A stretch of 64,000 nucleotides of DNA from Methylococcales bacterium (GTDB taxonomy: Bacteria; Pseudomonadota; Gammaproteobacteria; Methylococcales; Methylomonadaceae): contig JAPLRS010000037.1 in NCBI GenBank assembly GCA_026399015.1, positions 17,506-81,505 of the forward strand, written 5' to 3'. The position numbers and the translations under genes are program-made. This document shows positions 21,281 to 34,203 of the stretch, piece by piece. Positions within the stretch are counted from its first letter, which is position 1, and every line of letters begins with the position of its first letter. The notes below the pieces were generated by a model, which saw only the letters and a list, made by a program, of their open reading frames with translations, was not told where the DNA came from and searched no databases.

Positions 21281-22119
21281 AATAAAGATTGCTTATAAGC
21301 TTGTAAAATATTGTGCATCGTATGCCAAACGGAACCGGGCTTTCCATCACCGACAGGGACTCCATCTAACTCAACTATGGGCACTATTTCACGCGTTGAG
21401 CTGGTGACCCATAACTCAGTCGCTTTTTGGACATCGGCAAAAAGAATCTTGTCTTCACTGTATTCAATATTATGCTTTTTGGCCAAAGCCAAAATTACAT
21501 CACGAGTAATGCCCGGTAAAATTTCATTTGTTTTGGGTGGTGTACATAAAACGCCATCAATCACAGCAAAAACATTACTGGCGGCTCCTTCTATAAGATA
21601 ACCGTCTTTTACTAGTAACGCTTCAGCACAACCTTGCTCCACTGCTGCTTGTCGATGCAATATATTACCCAACAAAGTAATCGCTTTAATATTGCATAGT
21701 TGCCAACGAGTATCATCCATAGAAATAGCTTTAACACCCTGATTCAAACCTGCAAAAGGCACAATATTGGAACACATAGCAAATACTGTCGCAGGAACAT
21801 TTTCAGGAAATGCATGATCCCTTTTCGAGGCCGTACCACGAGTGATTTGTAAATAAATATATTGATCAAAGTTAGCGTCTAATAATGGCGTTAAAATAGC
21901 CTGCCATTCTAATCTGGTATGCGGATTTGCTAAACGAATACCCGCTAAACTATTCTCTAAACGCTGTAAATGATCATCTAAATGAAATAAATGCCCTGAG
22001 TAAGATGGAATAACTTCATAAATACCATCCCCAAATAAAAAACCACGATCTAATACTGATACTTTTGCTTCAGGGAGTGGCAAATAATCCCCATTTAAAT
22101 AAACAATTTTATTTTCCAT
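21277..22119 (-). CDS. dat: D-amino acid aminotransferase (class IV)
   Basis: DRGFLFGDGIYE, QITRG, EGAASN, ILPGITR. Confidence 0.88.
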   Translation of the reverse strand: MENKIVYLNGDYLPLPEAKVSVLDRGFLFGDGIYEVIPSYSGHLFHLDDHLQRLENSLAGIRLANPHTRLEWQAILTPLLDANFDQYIYLQITRGTASKRDHAFPENVPATVFAMCSNIVPFAGLNQGVKAISMDDTRWQLCNIKAITLLGNILHRQAAVEQGCAEALLVKDGYLIEGAASNVFAVIDGVLCTPPKTNEILPGITRDVILALAKKHNIEYSEDKILFADVQKATELWVTSSTREIVPIVELDGVPVGDGKPGSVWHTMHNILQAYKQSLL

Positions 22120-23281
22120 CTTCAGACTTCTCTAACATCATCATCGCACTTTCAGACAAACGCTGAAAAATATTACCCTGTTCAACTGATTGTAAGGCAA
22201 CCAAATCTTTTTCTTCAACCAAATCATTATTGAGTGTCACTTTAACTGAACCCAACTTATTACCCTCAGCAATAGGCGCAGTTATTTTTTTATCAACATT
22301 AATGACAGCTTTTAAATCTTTATATAATCGCCTAGGAATCGTTACATATAACTCATCAACTAGACCTAATGAAACAGTCTTATTAGCACCTTTCCAGACT
22401 CGGGCTTCATTTAATGATTTCTTAGCTTCATACAAACGATGAGATTCAAAAAATCTAAAGCCATAATTTAACAAGGTTTGATTTTCATTAGCCCTAGCAT
22501 TTGCATCCTTTGCACCCATAACTACTGAGATTAAACGCATATCTTCTCTTAATGCAGAAGCCACTAAACAATATCCAGCATCGTCCGTAAAACCTGTTTT
22601 CACACCATCTACAGATTCATCACGAGATAACAATTTATTACGATTTTGTTGGGTAATCTTATTAAAAGTAAATTCTTTTTGTGAAAACCAGCGGTAATAT
22701 TCAGGAAATTCTTTAATCAACGCACTAGTTAATAATCCTAAATCACGAGCAGTAGTATAATGATCAGGAACAGGTAGACCGTCACTATTTTTAAAATGCG
22801 TATTAATCATTCCTAGGCGTGACGCATGCTGATTCATCATCTCAGCAAAAGTCTCTTCGCTACCACCCACATGTTCAGCTAAAGCAACACTTGCATCGTT
22901 ACCCGATTGAATAATAACGCCTTTAAGTAAGTCTTCAATTTTAACTTGGTTCCCCAACTCCACAAACATCCTTGAACCAGATGTTTTCCAAGCTTTCTCG
23001 CTAATAGTCACATTATCATCTAAATGCAAATGCCCACTAGCCAATTCATTAAAGATGACATAAACGGTCATAATTTTAGTCAAACTTGCAGGGGCTAATT
23101 TAGCATCCGCATTATTTTCAGCTAAAACCTTACCTGTATGAAAATCTTTTAAGATGTAAGCTGACGCCGCTATTGTTGGGGCCGGAGGTGTTGATAAATC
23201 AACATTTTCTGCATGAACCTGTGTCAGAAAGTTTAACAGGCTAAAAAGTAATACTAAGGTACATTGTTTCAATGGAATCAT
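22109..23281 (-). CDS. dacA: D-alanyl-D-alanine carboxypeptidase
   Basis: PASLTK, SGN, KTG. Confidence 0.93.
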   Translation of the reverse strand: MIPLKQCTLVLLFSLLNFLTQVHAENVDLSTPPAPTIAASAYILKDFHTGKVLAENNADAKLAPASLTKIMTVYVIFNELASGHLHLDDNVTISEKAWKTSGSRMFVELGNQVKIEDLLKGVIIQSGNDASVALAEHVGGSEETFAEMMNQHASRLGMINTHFKNSDGLPVPDHYTTARDLGLLTSALIKEFPEYYRWFSQKEFTFNKITQQNRNKLLSRDESVDGVKTGFTDDAGYCLVASALREDMRLISVVMGAKDANARANENQTLLNYGFRFFESHRLYEAKKSLNEARVWKGANKTVSLGLVDELYVTIPRRLYKDLKAVINVDKKITAPIAEGNKLGSVKVTLNNDLVEEKDLVALQSVEQGNIFQRLSESAMMMLEKSEDGK

Positions 23282-23314
23282 TGCTCTTTGAAGTCTACAG
23301 TAAAAAATATTTTT

Positions 23315-24148
23315 TTACATTGTAGCACGCAAGCGTTGATTTTGCTTTGATTCAGTCACAAATTGAGTATCGGTTATACCTAATTCTGCGAGCTGTTGAT
23401 TTAACTCATCAACCTTAGTTGCATTGTCGATTGGACCAATCTGAACCTTATATAAAGTAGACTTTTTATAAGTAGATGAACGGATATCTGGTTCTGGTAA
23501 ATTAGAAGCCGAAATTTTATTTTTAAGTTTTAGAGCGTGCTTTTGATTAGCAAAACTACCAATTTGCAGATACACATTTTTCTCTTGTGAAGCTGCAATC
23601 TGTTGTATTTGAGGTAAAGCCTGACTAGGAGAGATAGTTTTTATTTCTATAGCACCTAATCCCTCTTGATCTAAATCTAAATTTTTTGCTGCCGCATAAG
23701 AAAGGTCTAACTCTCTATTGCCAATATAAGGACCTCGGTCGTTAATTCTGACAATAATACTACGATGATTCTCCAAATTAGTGACCCGCGCATACGAGGG
23801 AATTGGTAAGGTTTTATGAGCTGCAGTCATCGCATTCATATCAAAAATCTCACCTGTTGCCGTTTTCTTACCATGAAACCCAGGCCCATACCATGAAGCC
23901 ACTCCCTGTTTAACCTTATTTACAATGCTTGGAAACAATCCATCATCTTGCTGCGCTATTTCACTTAACTGCTCGCTACCCATAACGTGCAAAATGGAGC
24001 GTTGCTTAGTTGAATAAGATGGTGAGTTATTTAGAGAAGAATAACTAAAAGCGGGAGGCTGCTGTAAGGCTAGATCTGTGCGTTTGATATTTGATTGGGC
24101 ACAGCCAGTTAGTGCTATAAGAGTACTTAGTAAAATTAGTTTTTTCAT
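23315..24148 (-). CDS. rlpA: Septal lytic transglycosylase RlpA
   Basis: Lipobox LTGC, GVASWYG, INDRGP, C-terminal SPOR domain. Confidence 0.93.
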   Translation of the reverse strand: MKKLILLSTLIALTGCAQSNIKRTDLALQQPPAFSYSSLNNSPSYSTKQRSILHVMGSEQLSEIAQQDDGLFPSIVNKVKQGVASWYGPGFHGKKTATGEIFDMNAMTAAHKTLPIPSYARVTNLENHRSIIVRINDRGPYIGNRELDLSYAAAKNLDLDQEGLGAIEIKTISPSQALPQIQQIAASQEKNVYLQIGSFANQKHALKLKNKISASNLPEPDIRSSTYKKSTLYKVQIGPIDNATKVDELNQQLAELGITDTQFVTESKQNQRLRATM

Positions 24149-25206
24149 GGAAATTCGCCTTTTTTATTTAAAATAGCTTGGCTTAATTGATAAACAGCCA
24201 AAGCATACAAAGGACTGTGGTTATATCGAGTTATGACAAAGAAATTTTCTAAGCCAGCCCAAAGTTCTTCACGATTCCCTTGCTCAGATGCCTCCATTTC
24301 AAAGGAAAGCAACTTTACTTTTGTATTTAAAGGTAACGACCTCAATGTTTTTAAGTTGGCTAAGTCTAACTCCTCAACCCTTAAGTTTGGCTTAAGACCC
24401 TCAGACAAAACTTTTTTATACTTTTCTCCTGTTGCAGAAACTGGCACTAAGGTTTCTTGCCCGGGCTGCCAACCGTGCTTTTTAAAATAATTAGCTACAC
24501 TAGCAATCTCATCATTTTTGTTGTGCCAAATATCTCTATGTCCATCACTATCATAATCTACAGCATAAACTTGATAACTACTTGGCATAAATTGTGGTGC
24601 CCCCATAGCTCCCGCATAAGACCCTAAAGGTTCCAAAGGATTAATCTGCTCGTCACGACATAACAATAAAAATTGTTCTAATTCATTGGTAAAAAATTGA
24701 CTGCGTGGTGGATAAGCAAAAGCTAAGCTAGATAATGCGTCGACTACTCTATAAGTCCCCATCTTCTGACCATAAAAGGTTTCAACACCGATTATAGCGA
24801 TAATAATTTCGGCCGGCACTCCGGTTTCTTTTGAAACAAGCTCTAAAGTTTTGGCATTTTCTTGCCAAAACTTTACACCTTGTTCTACGCGGGAATCTGT
24901 CATAAAAATCTGCCTATATTTATACCAAGGCATACTTTCAGCGGGTTTTGATATCTTATTTATAATGTCAGATTTTATTTCAACCGAATTCAATAATTGA
25001 CTTAAATCTTGTTGATAAAAATGATGTTTTACTACCATTTTATTAATAAAATTATTGACTGCAACGGGGTCGGAGATATTTTGTTTTTGTAAGCTTGAAC
25101 AAGCGCTTAGATAGATGGTAGTTAAAACAAGTAAGCGTCTAGAAGCGCAATACAACCTAAACTTAAGGTTTGAAAAATCCAGCGGAAAAAATAGTTTTCT
25201 AATCAT
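24145..25206 (-). CDS. mltB: Lytic murein transglycosylase B
   Basis: IIGVETFYG, GSYAGAMGAPQFMPSS, ITRYNHS. Confidence 0.95.
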   Translation of the reverse strand: MIRKLFFPLDFSNLKFRLYCASRRLLVLTTIYLSACSSLQKQNISDPVAVNNFINKMVVKHHFYQQDLSQLLNSVEIKSDIINKISKPAESMPWYKYRQIFMTDSRVEQGVKFWQENAKTLELVSKETGVPAEIIIAIIGVETFYGQKMGTYRVVDALSSLAFAYPPRSQFFTNELEQFLLLCRDEQINPLEPLGSYAGAMGAPQFMPSSYQVYAVDYDSDGHRDIWHNKNDEIASVANYFKKHGWQPGQETLVPVSATGEKYKKVLSEGLKPNLRVEELDLANLKTLRSLPLNTKVKLLSFEMEASEQGNREELWAGLENFFVITRYNHSPLYALAVYQLSQAILNKKGEFP

Positions 25207-25212
25207 TCATAT

Positions 25213-26337
25213 TTATCTAAATTTTTTATGCGTGTGAATTGACATCAAAATACCGAAACCAGCTAATAATGTCACAATAGAAGTCCCTCCATAGCTTATT
25301 AAAGGCAATGGCACACCTACGACCGGCAACACGCCTATAACCATACCAATATTAACAAAAACATACACAAAAAATGTAAATGCTAAGCTACTTGCCAATA
25401 ACCGACTAAAGGCATCTTGTGTTTGTGAAGCAATATATAAACAGCGAGCAATTATCAATAGATACAAGGTCAATAAGCCCAAGCAACCTAAAAGCCCAAA
25501 TTCTTCGGCAAAAACCGCAAAAATAAAATCAGTAGAACTCTCCGGTAAAAAATCCAATTCAGATTGTGTACTACCCAACCAACCTTTACCATAAACTCCA
25601 CCAGAACCAATAGCTATTTTTGATTGAATAATATGATAGCCTCTACCTAATGGATCCGCCTCTGGATTTAAAAACGTCAGCACTCTGTCTCTTTGATAGC
25701 CATGCATAAAGTGCCAAATAATAGGAGTTAACGCAGCTAACAATGCCACAATTCCGCCCATAATCCACCACGAAAGGCCCGCAAAAAACAATACACCCGC
25801 TCCTGAACTAGCCACTAATAAAGCTGTACCTAAATCTGGTTGTTTAGCAATCAAAAGCGTTGGAATGATAATTAAAATAACCGCCACCAATAATTGCTTA
25901 GCTTTAGGTGGCATAGAATATTCAGCTAAATACCATGAAATCATCATTGGAGTAGTTATCTTTATCATTTCTGATGGCTGAAAACGAAAGAAACCTAACT
26001 CAAGCCAACGCTGCGCGCCCTTCCCAATCTGCCCCATAATTAATACAGCAATCAATAATATAATGCCAATTCCAAACAATATAGTTGCATAACGTTTAAA
26101 TTGATAGGGATCCACATGCGCTAGAATAATCATTAAGATAAAAGCCAAGCCAACTCGACCGATTTGTCTAATTAAAACATCCAAATCTTGACTACCGGCG
26201 CTATATAAAATAACCAAACTCAGCATCGAAGTGAGCACTAAGCCTATAAACAAAGGTATATCAATATGCAAACGCCTAAGAAATGTCCCTAGTACGGATG
26301 GCGCTTCAAATTGCTCATGCCGTGTTTCAGTTTTCAT
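25213..26337 (-). CDS. rodA: Rod shape-determining protein RodA
   Basis: GAQRW, FQPSE, QPDLGT, SYGGTS. Confidence 0.97.
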   Translation of the reverse strand: MKTETRHEQFEAPSVLGTFLRRLHIDIPLFIGLVLTSMLSLVILYSAGSQDLDVLIRQIGRVGLAFILMIILAHVDPYQFKRYATILFGIGIILLIAVLIMGQIGKGAQRWLELGFFRFQPSEMIKITTPMMISWYLAEYSMPPKAKQLLVAVILIIIPTLLIAKQPDLGTALLVASSGAGVLFFAGLSWWIMGGIVALLAALTPIIWHFMHGYQRDRVLTFLNPEADPLGRGYHIIQSKIAIGSGGVYGKGWLGSTQSELDFLPESSTDFIFAVFAEEFGLLGCLGLLTLYLLIIARCLYIASQTQDAFSRLLASSLAFTFFVYVFVNIGMVIGVLPVVGVPLPLISYGGTSIVTLLAGFGILMSIHTHKKFR

Positions 26338-28171
26338 GATGCTCCTCTAAGTATTGCTTAATAACTTGACCCGCAATAGGAGCTGCAACAGAACCACCGT
26401 GCCCACCATTTTCGGCAATCACTACAACAGCAATTTTAGGGTCATCAACTGGCGCAAAAGACATAAATAACGCATGGTCTCTATATTTGAAATCAATACT
26501 ATTTTCATCATATTTAGCATTTTGCTTAATACCTAAAACTTGTGCAGTTCCGGTTTTACCCGCTATTTGATAATTTAGATTTCTGTTTAGAACCTTAGCC
26601 GTACCCCTTGCACTATGCACAACATTTACCATACCAGCTATAACAGAATTAACATTTTCAGTTTTTACTGGCACATTATATGAATTTGATACAGGGCCCG
26701 AACCTGTACCATGTGAACTAACTATCTTATCCACTAAATAAGGAGTATTAACCTTGCCTTGATTAGCTAACGCGGCTGTTGCTTTAGCCAATTGAATAGG
26801 GGTTACTTGTAAATATCCTTGACCAATACCCGTAATCAATGTTTCACCGGGATACCAAGCCTGATTTTTTTTCTCACGCTTCCACTCGCGTGAAGGTAAT
26901 AACCCTGTCTTTTCACCAACTAAATCAATACCTGTCTTTTCACCAAAACCAAATTTCTGCATGAAACTGACCATGTTATCAATACCCAGTGTTGCCGCAA
27001 GACGATAAAAATACACATCACAAGATTCAGTTATAGCCTGATTCATATCAACTGCGCCATGCCCACCCTTTTTCCAGTCGCGATATTTATGAGTTACACC
27101 AGGTAATTGATAATAGCCAGGACAGAATAACTTCTGATCAGCAGTAATAGCATCATATTCAAGCCCAGCTAACGCCACAAATGGCTTCACAGTTGATCCA
27201 GGCGGATACAGTCCTCTTAAAGCTCGATTATAAAGTGGTTGATTCTCATTAGATTGTAAGGCTTCGTAATCATCGTTACTTATACCAACAACAAAAGGAT
27301 TTGGATCAAAACCAGGACGACTCACAAATACTAAAACACCGCCTGTTTTAATATCAATCGCAACGACAGCACCATTGAAGGAGCCTAATGCATCATAAGC
27401 TGTTTTTTGTAAATCAATATCTAGACTTAAATAAAGATTGGAACCAGGTTGTGGATTAACCTCATTTAAGGTGTTTAATAAACGTGCTTGAACATTGGTT
27501 TCTATTTCAGCATAACCAGTTTTTCCATGTAAATCGCTTTCATATGAACTTTCAATACCCAGCTTTCCAATATGCGTAGAACCTCTATATTCCGCAATAG
27601 GCAAATCTTTCATTTCAGCTTCATTAATGCGCCCCACATAACCAACAACATGAGCCGCTAAATCGCCATAAGGATAATGTCTAACCAATTGCCGATGTAT
27701 ATCAACCCCTGGGAAATAGGGCCTTGCCACTGCAAACTTAGCTAACTGGTCATCATTCATACTTATTAATAATGGCGAGCTCACAAACCGCTTTTGTCGC
27801 TTTCTAGCTTTTTGATATTGTTCAATTTCCTCGTTAGAAACATCAAGTAATGTTTGCAAGCGCTGCAAAGTGTCATCCATATTGGTGACTTGCTCGGGAA
27901 TAATTTCTAAACTATAAGAAGTTGTATTTTCGGCTAGAACCTTGCCATGTCGATCATAAATCATGCCACGAGTAGGCACCAACGGTACAATCTTAATGCT
28001 ATTGTCCTTAGCTAAAGATGAATAATGCTCGTGCCCAACAATCTGTAAATAAATTAATCGGGCTATCAACCCTGTCGTAAGCAAGCTAATAACAATAAAA
28101 GCCGCTACTATCCGATTAATAAATAAATGCTTCTCCAGCGAATGGTCCTTAATGGCGTACATATTAGGCAT
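26327..28171 (-). CDS. mrdA: Penicillin-binding protein 2
   Basis: PGSTVK, SCD, KTGTAQ. Confidence 0.97.
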   Translation of the reverse strand: MPNMYAIKDHSLEKHLFINRIVAAFIVISLLTTGLIARLIYLQIVGHEHYSSLAKDNSIKIVPLVPTRGMIYDRHGKVLAENTTSYSLEIIPEQVTNMDDTLQRLQTLLDVSNEEIEQYQKARKRQKRFVSSPLLISMNDDQLAKFAVARPYFPGVDIHRQLVRHYPYGDLAAHVVGYVGRINEAEMKDLPIAEYRGSTHIGKLGIESSYESDLHGKTGYAEIETNVQARLLNTLNEVNPQPGSNLYLSLDIDLQKTAYDALGSFNGAVVAIDIKTGGVLVFVSRPGFDPNPFVVGISNDDYEALQSNENQPLYNRALRGLYPPGSTVKPFVALAGLEYDAITADQKLFCPGYYQLPGVTHKYRDWKKGGHGAVDMNQAITESCDVYFYRLAATLGIDNMVSFMQKFGFGEKTGIDLVGEKTGLLPSREWKREKKNQAWYPGETLITGIGQGYLQVTPIQLAKATAALANQGKVNTPYLVDKIVSSHGTGSGPVSNSYNVPVKTENVNSVIAGMVNVVHSARGTAKVLNRNLNYQIAGKTGTAQVLGIKQNAKYDENSIDFKYRDHALFMSFAPVDDPKIAVVVIAENGGHGGSVAAPIAGQVIKQYLEEHHEN

Positions 28172-28186
28172 AACCGCAAATTAATT

Positions 28187-28675
28187 TTATTTAATACGCC
28201 GAAACAAACTAACAAAACTCAATAATCCATAGACTAATGGCCAAGCTAAAGTTCCTGTAATCACCGGCAACCAAAATGAAGCTTGTAATTGAGCTGGGTG
28301 TTGTAAATTCTTAATAAAAAACAACAAAAGCTGTGATAACAACAAACAAAAGAAAATAAATAGACCTTGTTGTAAAAATGGAAATTGTCTCAATCGCTTA
28401 TGTAGTTTAAGACAAATATAAATAATCAACGCGTAAGCCAACGCATATTGCCCAAGTAACCGCCCTAATAAAACATCAGTCAATAAGCCAAAAATCCACG
28501 CATGAAAAATCCCAACTCTATCCGGTAAGTTTAAAGCCCAATATATTAGTGCTAAAAGCACCCAATCAGGATTTAACAATGCCCAATCACCTTCTAATGG
28601 TGCGATTCTTAAACACATAGCCAGAACTAAGGTAAATAGAATTCGAAAAAAACCAATATAATTATTTAGTGGCAT
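28187..28675 (-). CDS. mreD: Rod shape-determining protein MreD
   Basis: PDWVLLALIYW; synteny. Confidence 0.95.
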   Translation of the reverse strand: MPLNNYIGFFRILFTLVLAMCLRIAPLEGDWALLNPDWVLLALIYWALNLPDRVGIFHAWIFGLLTDVLLGRLLGQYALAYALIIYICLKLHKRLRQFPFLQQGLFIFFCLLLSQLLLFFIKNLQHPAQLQASFWLPVITGTLAWPLVYGLLSFVSLFRRIK

Positions 28676-29546
28676 CAGGCATCCCTTCTTCGCTTCCTGT
28701 AGGCTTTGAAATTAACGGAACCGGCACAGACTTACTCCAAACAATCATTAACTCTCTATTTCTATCTAATAATGCTTTGGGGGTTGCGGTAATAGTGGCA
28801 AAAGCCTTATTCGGTTGGGCCGTAAACTCATCGACTACAGCAACAGGATACCCCTGAGGAAAGGTCCCGCCTAACCCAGAAGTTATTAATAAGTCACCTG
28901 GCTTAATATCGGCATTGCTTGGTAAGAAAGGTAATATAAGTCGATTTAATTGGCCACTACCAACAGCAATAGTTAATAAACCATTACGATTAACTTGAAC
29001 GGGTATTGCGTGATTAGGATCAGTAATCAACATAATTTCTGATGTAAACGGAAGAGCGCGAAACACTTGCCCTACAACTCCGTTTGCATCTAATACCGGC
29101 TGTTGCGGGTGCACACCAAAACGCGTACCTTTATTGACTACTAAAATATGTTCATAAGGCGCCATGTTTACAGACAATAATTCTGCAACTAAAACCTGCT
29201 CACCTAATTTGAAAGAGTTTTCTAATAAGGCTCTTAGACGTATATTCTCTTTTTCAAGAGCCGCAAATTTAAGCAAACGAGCTTGATGAATAAGCTGGTC
29301 TTCTCGAAGATGCTCATTTTCTGCTTTTAAAGCAGAATAACTGGTAGCCGAATCTGTTGCTTGCTCAACCAAAGAGGTTGGTAACGAAACCAGATATTTT
29401 AAAGGATCAACTAATATCGATAAGGTTGTTCGCACACCACCTAACTGCGAATTAGTATGTTCAGTTACTAATAAGGCAACTGAAGCAACAACAGCGACTA
29501 GTAAACGAGTGTTGATTGATGGGCCGGTAGCAAATAAAAGTTTTAT
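28662..29546 (-). CDS. mreC: Rod shape-determining protein MreC (probable ATA start)
   Basis: ENIRLRALL, TSGLGGTFPQG; frame stays open to (M)KLLFATGPSINTRLL at 29546 with SD GAGG. Confidence 0.93.
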   Translation of the reverse strand: MKLLFATGPSINTRLLVAVVASVALLVTEHTNSQLGGVRTTLSILVDPLKYLVSLPTSLVEQATDSATSYSALKAENEHLREDQLIHQARLLKFAALEKENIRLRALLENSFKLGEQVLVAELLSVNMAPYEHILVVNKGTRFGVHPQQPVLDANGVVGQVFRALPFTSEIMLITDPNHAIPVQVNRNGLLTIAVGSGQLNRLILPFLPSNADIKPGDLLITSGLGGTFPQGYPVAVVDEFTAQPNKAFATITATPKALLDRNRELMIVWSKSVPVPLISKPTGSEEGMPDATK

Positions 29547-29637
29547 GACGATGCCTCACAACAGTGCTAGGGTACTTTAACCCCGACCCTAGAAATAATA
29601 ACTATTAGTTAGTAATCAAAACAATCTTCAATAAAAT

Positions 29638-30819
<1,182 letters not shown>

Positions 30820-30933
30820 CTATGAACTGCCAACACTAATTTTTGTTAAACCCACAGCATCAATAAATACCTAACCTACTAATTTCAAAAGACACTTTAT
30901 CCTGCTATACCGAAGTTAATTACGGAGACAAAC

Positions 30934-31221
30934 ATGTCGTTAACGGCAAATGATGTAAATAAAATTGCGCATCTAGCGCGCTTAGGAATCGATAGTCAAG
31001 ACACAGAATCATATGCAAAAGATCTATCGGGTATGTTAGATTTAATGACGCAAATGAGCGAATTAAACACTGACAGTGTTGAGCCAATGGCTCATCCAAT
31101 GGACCAAGCCCAACGCTTAAGACCTGATGTTGTTACTGAACACAATAATCGTGACAAATTTATGTCAATAGCACCTGAAACAGAAGCGGGATTATTTCTA
31201 GTTCCAAAAGTAATTGAGTAA
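30934..31221 (+). CDS. gatC: Asp/Glu-tRNA amidotransferase subunit C
   Basis: [16 protein letters not shown]. Confidence 0.96.
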   Translation: MSLTANDVNKIAHLARLGIDSQDTESYAKDLSGMLDLMTQMSELNTDSVEPMAHPMDQAQRLRPDVVTEHNNRDKFMSIAPETEAGLFLVPKVIE

Positions 31222-31235
31222 GGGAGTTACCCAAA

Positions 31236-32687
31236 ATGCATACAAAATCATTAACCGAATTAAGTCACGGCTTGCAAACTGGAGAGTTTTCTAGTGTTGA
31301 ACTCACTCAAGCTTTTCTTACTAGAATCAAACAACATCAAAATTTAAACGCCTATATAACCATCACTGAAGAACTCGCTCTTCAAAGCGCGAAAGCGGCG
31401 GACGCCAGAATTGCTAACAAAAAAGCAGAGGCGCTTACAGGAATACCTGTCGCACAAAAAGATATTTTTTGCACCTTAGATGTCAAAACCACTTGTGGAT
31501 CTAAAATGCTCGATAACTTTCTCGCGCCCTACAATGCCACTGTTATTGAGAAATTTAATCAAGCTGGCGCTGTAATGTTAGGTAAAGTTAATATGGATGA
31601 GTTTGCGATGGGGTCATCTAATGAAACAAGTTATTACGGCGCCACTAAAAACCCCTGGAACACAAATAAAGTCCCTGGAGGCTCGTCTGGTGGCTCAGGG
31701 GTTGCTGTAGCAGCTAGATTAGCCGCATTTGCAACCGGCACAGATACCGGAGGATCTATTAGACAGCCAGCAGCCCTATGTGGTATTACGGGACTAAAAC
31801 CCACCTATGGCAGAGTTTCTCGCTATGGAATGATTGCTTATGCGTCAAGCTTAGATCAAGGTGGCCCCATGACACATAGTGCAGAAGATGCGGCTATCGT
31901 CTTACAAACCATGGCGGGATTTGACTCTAAAGATTCAACCAGCGTTGACTTACCCGTACCCGATTATAGTGCAAACCTTAATCAACCTTTAACTGGCTTA
32001 AAAATAGGGTTACCCAAAGAGTTTTTTAGCGCTGATTTAAATGCCGAGATGGCCGCTAAATTATCTGAGGCTATTGATGAATATCGTAAGCTTGGGGCAG
32101 AAATTAAAGAAGTCTCCATGCCAAATCTTAAACTAGCCATCCCTGCTTATTACGTTATTGCGCCAGCAGAATGTTCAGCTAATTTATCGCGCTTTGACGG
32201 CGTACGCTTTGGTCATCGCTGTGAAAATCCAATTGATTTAACTGATTTATATACCCGCTCTCGTGGAGAAGGCTTTGGTAAAGAAGTTAAACGCCGTATC
32301 TTAATGGGGACTTACGCACTATCAACTGGCTATTATGATGCATATTACGTTAAGGCTCAAAAAATCAGACGCTTAATAAGTGATGATTTTAAAAGAGCAC
32401 TCACTGAAGTGGATGTGATTATGGGACCTGTAACACCAACCCCTGCCTTTGGAATTGGTGAAAAAATGTCTGATCCTGTTGAAATGTATCTATCGGATAT
32501 CTACACCATTGCGATCAATCTTGCTGGATTACCGGCCATATCCATACCCGCGGGCTTCATTAATGAAATGCCCATAGGCTTACAAGTGATTGGAAATTAC
32601 TTCACTGAAGCTCACTTACTGAACATTGCGCATCAGTTCCAACAAGTAACAGATTGGCATCAACAAACACCGAAAGGCTTTGAATAA
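31236..32687 (+). CDS. gatA: Asp/Glu-tRNA amidotransferase subunit A
   Basis: [17 protein letters not shown]. Confidence 0.97.
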   Translation: MHTKSLTELSHGLQTGEFSSVELTQAFLTRIKQHQNLNAYITITEELALQSAKAADARIANKKAEALTGIPVAQKDIFCTLDVKTTCGSKMLDNFLAPYNATVIEKFNQAGAVMLGKVNMDEFAMGSSNETSYYGATKNPWNTNKVPGGSSGGSGVAVAARLAAFATGTDTGGSIRQPAALCGITGLKPTYGRVSRYGMIAYASSLDQGGPMTHSAEDAAIVLQTMAGFDSKDSTSVDLPVPDYSANLNQPLTGLKIGLPKEFFSADLNAEMAAKLSEAIDEYRKLGAEIKEVSMPNLKLAIPAYYVIAPAECSANLSRFDGVRFGHRCENPIDLTDLYTRSRGEGFGKEVKRRILMGTYALSTGYYDAYYVKAQKIRRLISDDFKRALTEVDVIMGPVTPTPAFGIGEKMSDPVEMYLSDIYTIAINLAGLPAISIPAGFINEMPIGLQVIGNYFTEAHLLNIAHQFQQVTDWHQQTPKGFE

Positions 32688-32697
32688 GGAGATAATC

Positions 32698-34128
32698 ATG
32701 GAATGGGAAACGGTTATAGGTTTAGAGATTCACACGCAACTAGCCACTCAGTCAAAAATATTTTCAGGCGCATCTACCGCTTATGGCGCAGAGCCCAACA
32801 CTCAAGCCTGTGCTGTTGATTTAGGCTTACCTGGCGTATTACCCGTATTAAATGAAGATGCTGTGCGTAAAGCTGTTATCTTTGGCATGGCTATTGAGGC
32901 CCATATTGCACCTTACTCAATATTCGCCAGAAAAAACTACTTTTACCCAGATTTACCTAAAGGCTATCAAATCAGCCAAATGGATCACCCTATCGTAGGT
33001 AATGGTCATTTAGACATTGAAGTCGATGGCGTTACTAAGCGAATAGGTATTACTCGCGCGCACTTAGAAGAGGATGCAGGCAAATCATTACACGAGAATT
33101 TTCATGGTTTAACCGGCATAGATCTTAATCGTGCGGGTACACCTTTGTTAGAAATCGTATCTGAACCTGAGATGAGTTCCGCGAAAGAAGCCGTTGCCTA
33201 TATGCGTAAATTGCACGAATTAGTGCGCTATCTAGGTATTTGTGACGGCAACATGCAGGAAGGGTCATTCCGTTGTGACGCCAATGTTTCTGTAAGACCT
33301 AAAGGACAAAAAGAATTTGGTACCCGGGCAGAAATTAAAAATATCAACTCGTTCAAATTCGTGGAGAAAGCCATCAACCATGAAATAGAACGTCAAATAG
33401 AACTGATTGAAAGCGGGGGAAAAGTTGTACAAGAAACCCGCTTATACGATTCAGTAAAAGATGAAACTCGCTCAATGCGAAGTAAAGAAGAAGCCAATGA
33501 TTACCGCTACTTCCCAGACCCTGATCTATTGCCCGTTATTATTGATGAAGAATTTAAAGCCCACATTAAAGCTAACTTACCTGAATTACCTCATGCTAAA
33601 AAACTACGCTTTAAAGCCCATTATCAATTAGATGATGAAAGTGCAACGATACTAACAACATCTCGTGCCTTAAGTGATTATTTTGAGGCTGTCCACAAGA
33701 CCTCAGGTTCCGAAGCAAAATTATGTGCCAACTGGATAACAGGTGACCTGTCAGCAGCTCTCAATAAAGCCAACCTAGACATCACCGACTCGCCAATCAG
33801 CCATGAGAGACTTGCAGGTTTATTAGCCCGCATTACCGATAACACAATTTCTGGAAAAATCGCCAAACAAGTCTTTGAAGAACTCTGGCAATCCTCTGCA
33901 ACAGCAGATGAAATAATTGCTGATAAAGGTTTAAAACAAATCACTGATACCGGCGCTATTGAAGCGATTATCGATAAGATAATTGCTGACAATCAAGATC
34001 AAGTGGAACAATATCGTAGCGGTAAAGATAAAGTCTTTGCTTTCTTTGTCGGACAAGTGATGAAAGAAATGAAAGGAAAAGCCAACCCAGCTGAAGTAAA
34101 TAAAATACTTAAAGACAAACTGGCTTAA
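32698..34128 (+). CDS. gatB: Asp/Glu-tRNA amidotransferase subunit B
   Basis: [24 protein letters not shown]; start MEWETV. Confidence 0.97.
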   Translation: MEWETVIGLEIHTQLATQSKIFSGASTAYGAEPNTQACAVDLGLPGVLPVLNEDAVRKAVIFGMAIEAHIAPYSIFARKNYFYPDLPKGYQISQMDHPIVGNGHLDIEVDGVTKRIGITRAHLEEDAGKSLHENFHGLTGIDLNRAGTPLLEIVSEPEMSSAKEAVAYMRKLHELVRYLGICDGNMQEGSFRCDANVSVRPKGQKEFGTRAEIKNINSFKFVEKAINHEIERQIELIESGGKVVQETRLYDSVKDETRSMRSKEEANDYRYFPDPDLLPVIIDEEFKAHIKANLPELPHAKKLRFKAHYQLDDESATILTTSRALSDYFEAVHKTSGSEAKLCANWITGDLSAALNKANLDITDSPISHERLAGLLARITDNTISGKIAKQVFEELWQSSATADEIIADKGLKQITDTGAIEAIIDKIIADNQDQVEQYRSGKDKVFAFFVGQVMKEMKGKANPAEVNKILKDKLA

Positions 34129-34154
34129 GTTTAAATCACACTTTTTAGACATAA

Positions 34155-34182
34155 AAAAACGGGAGCCTAGGCTCCCGTTTTT
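34155..34182. terminator. Bidirectional intrinsic terminator
   Basis: AAAAACGGGAGCC-TA-GGCTCCCGTTTTT. Confidence 0.88.
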
Positions 34183-34203
34183 GTTTACAGCGCGAGACTC
34201 AGT

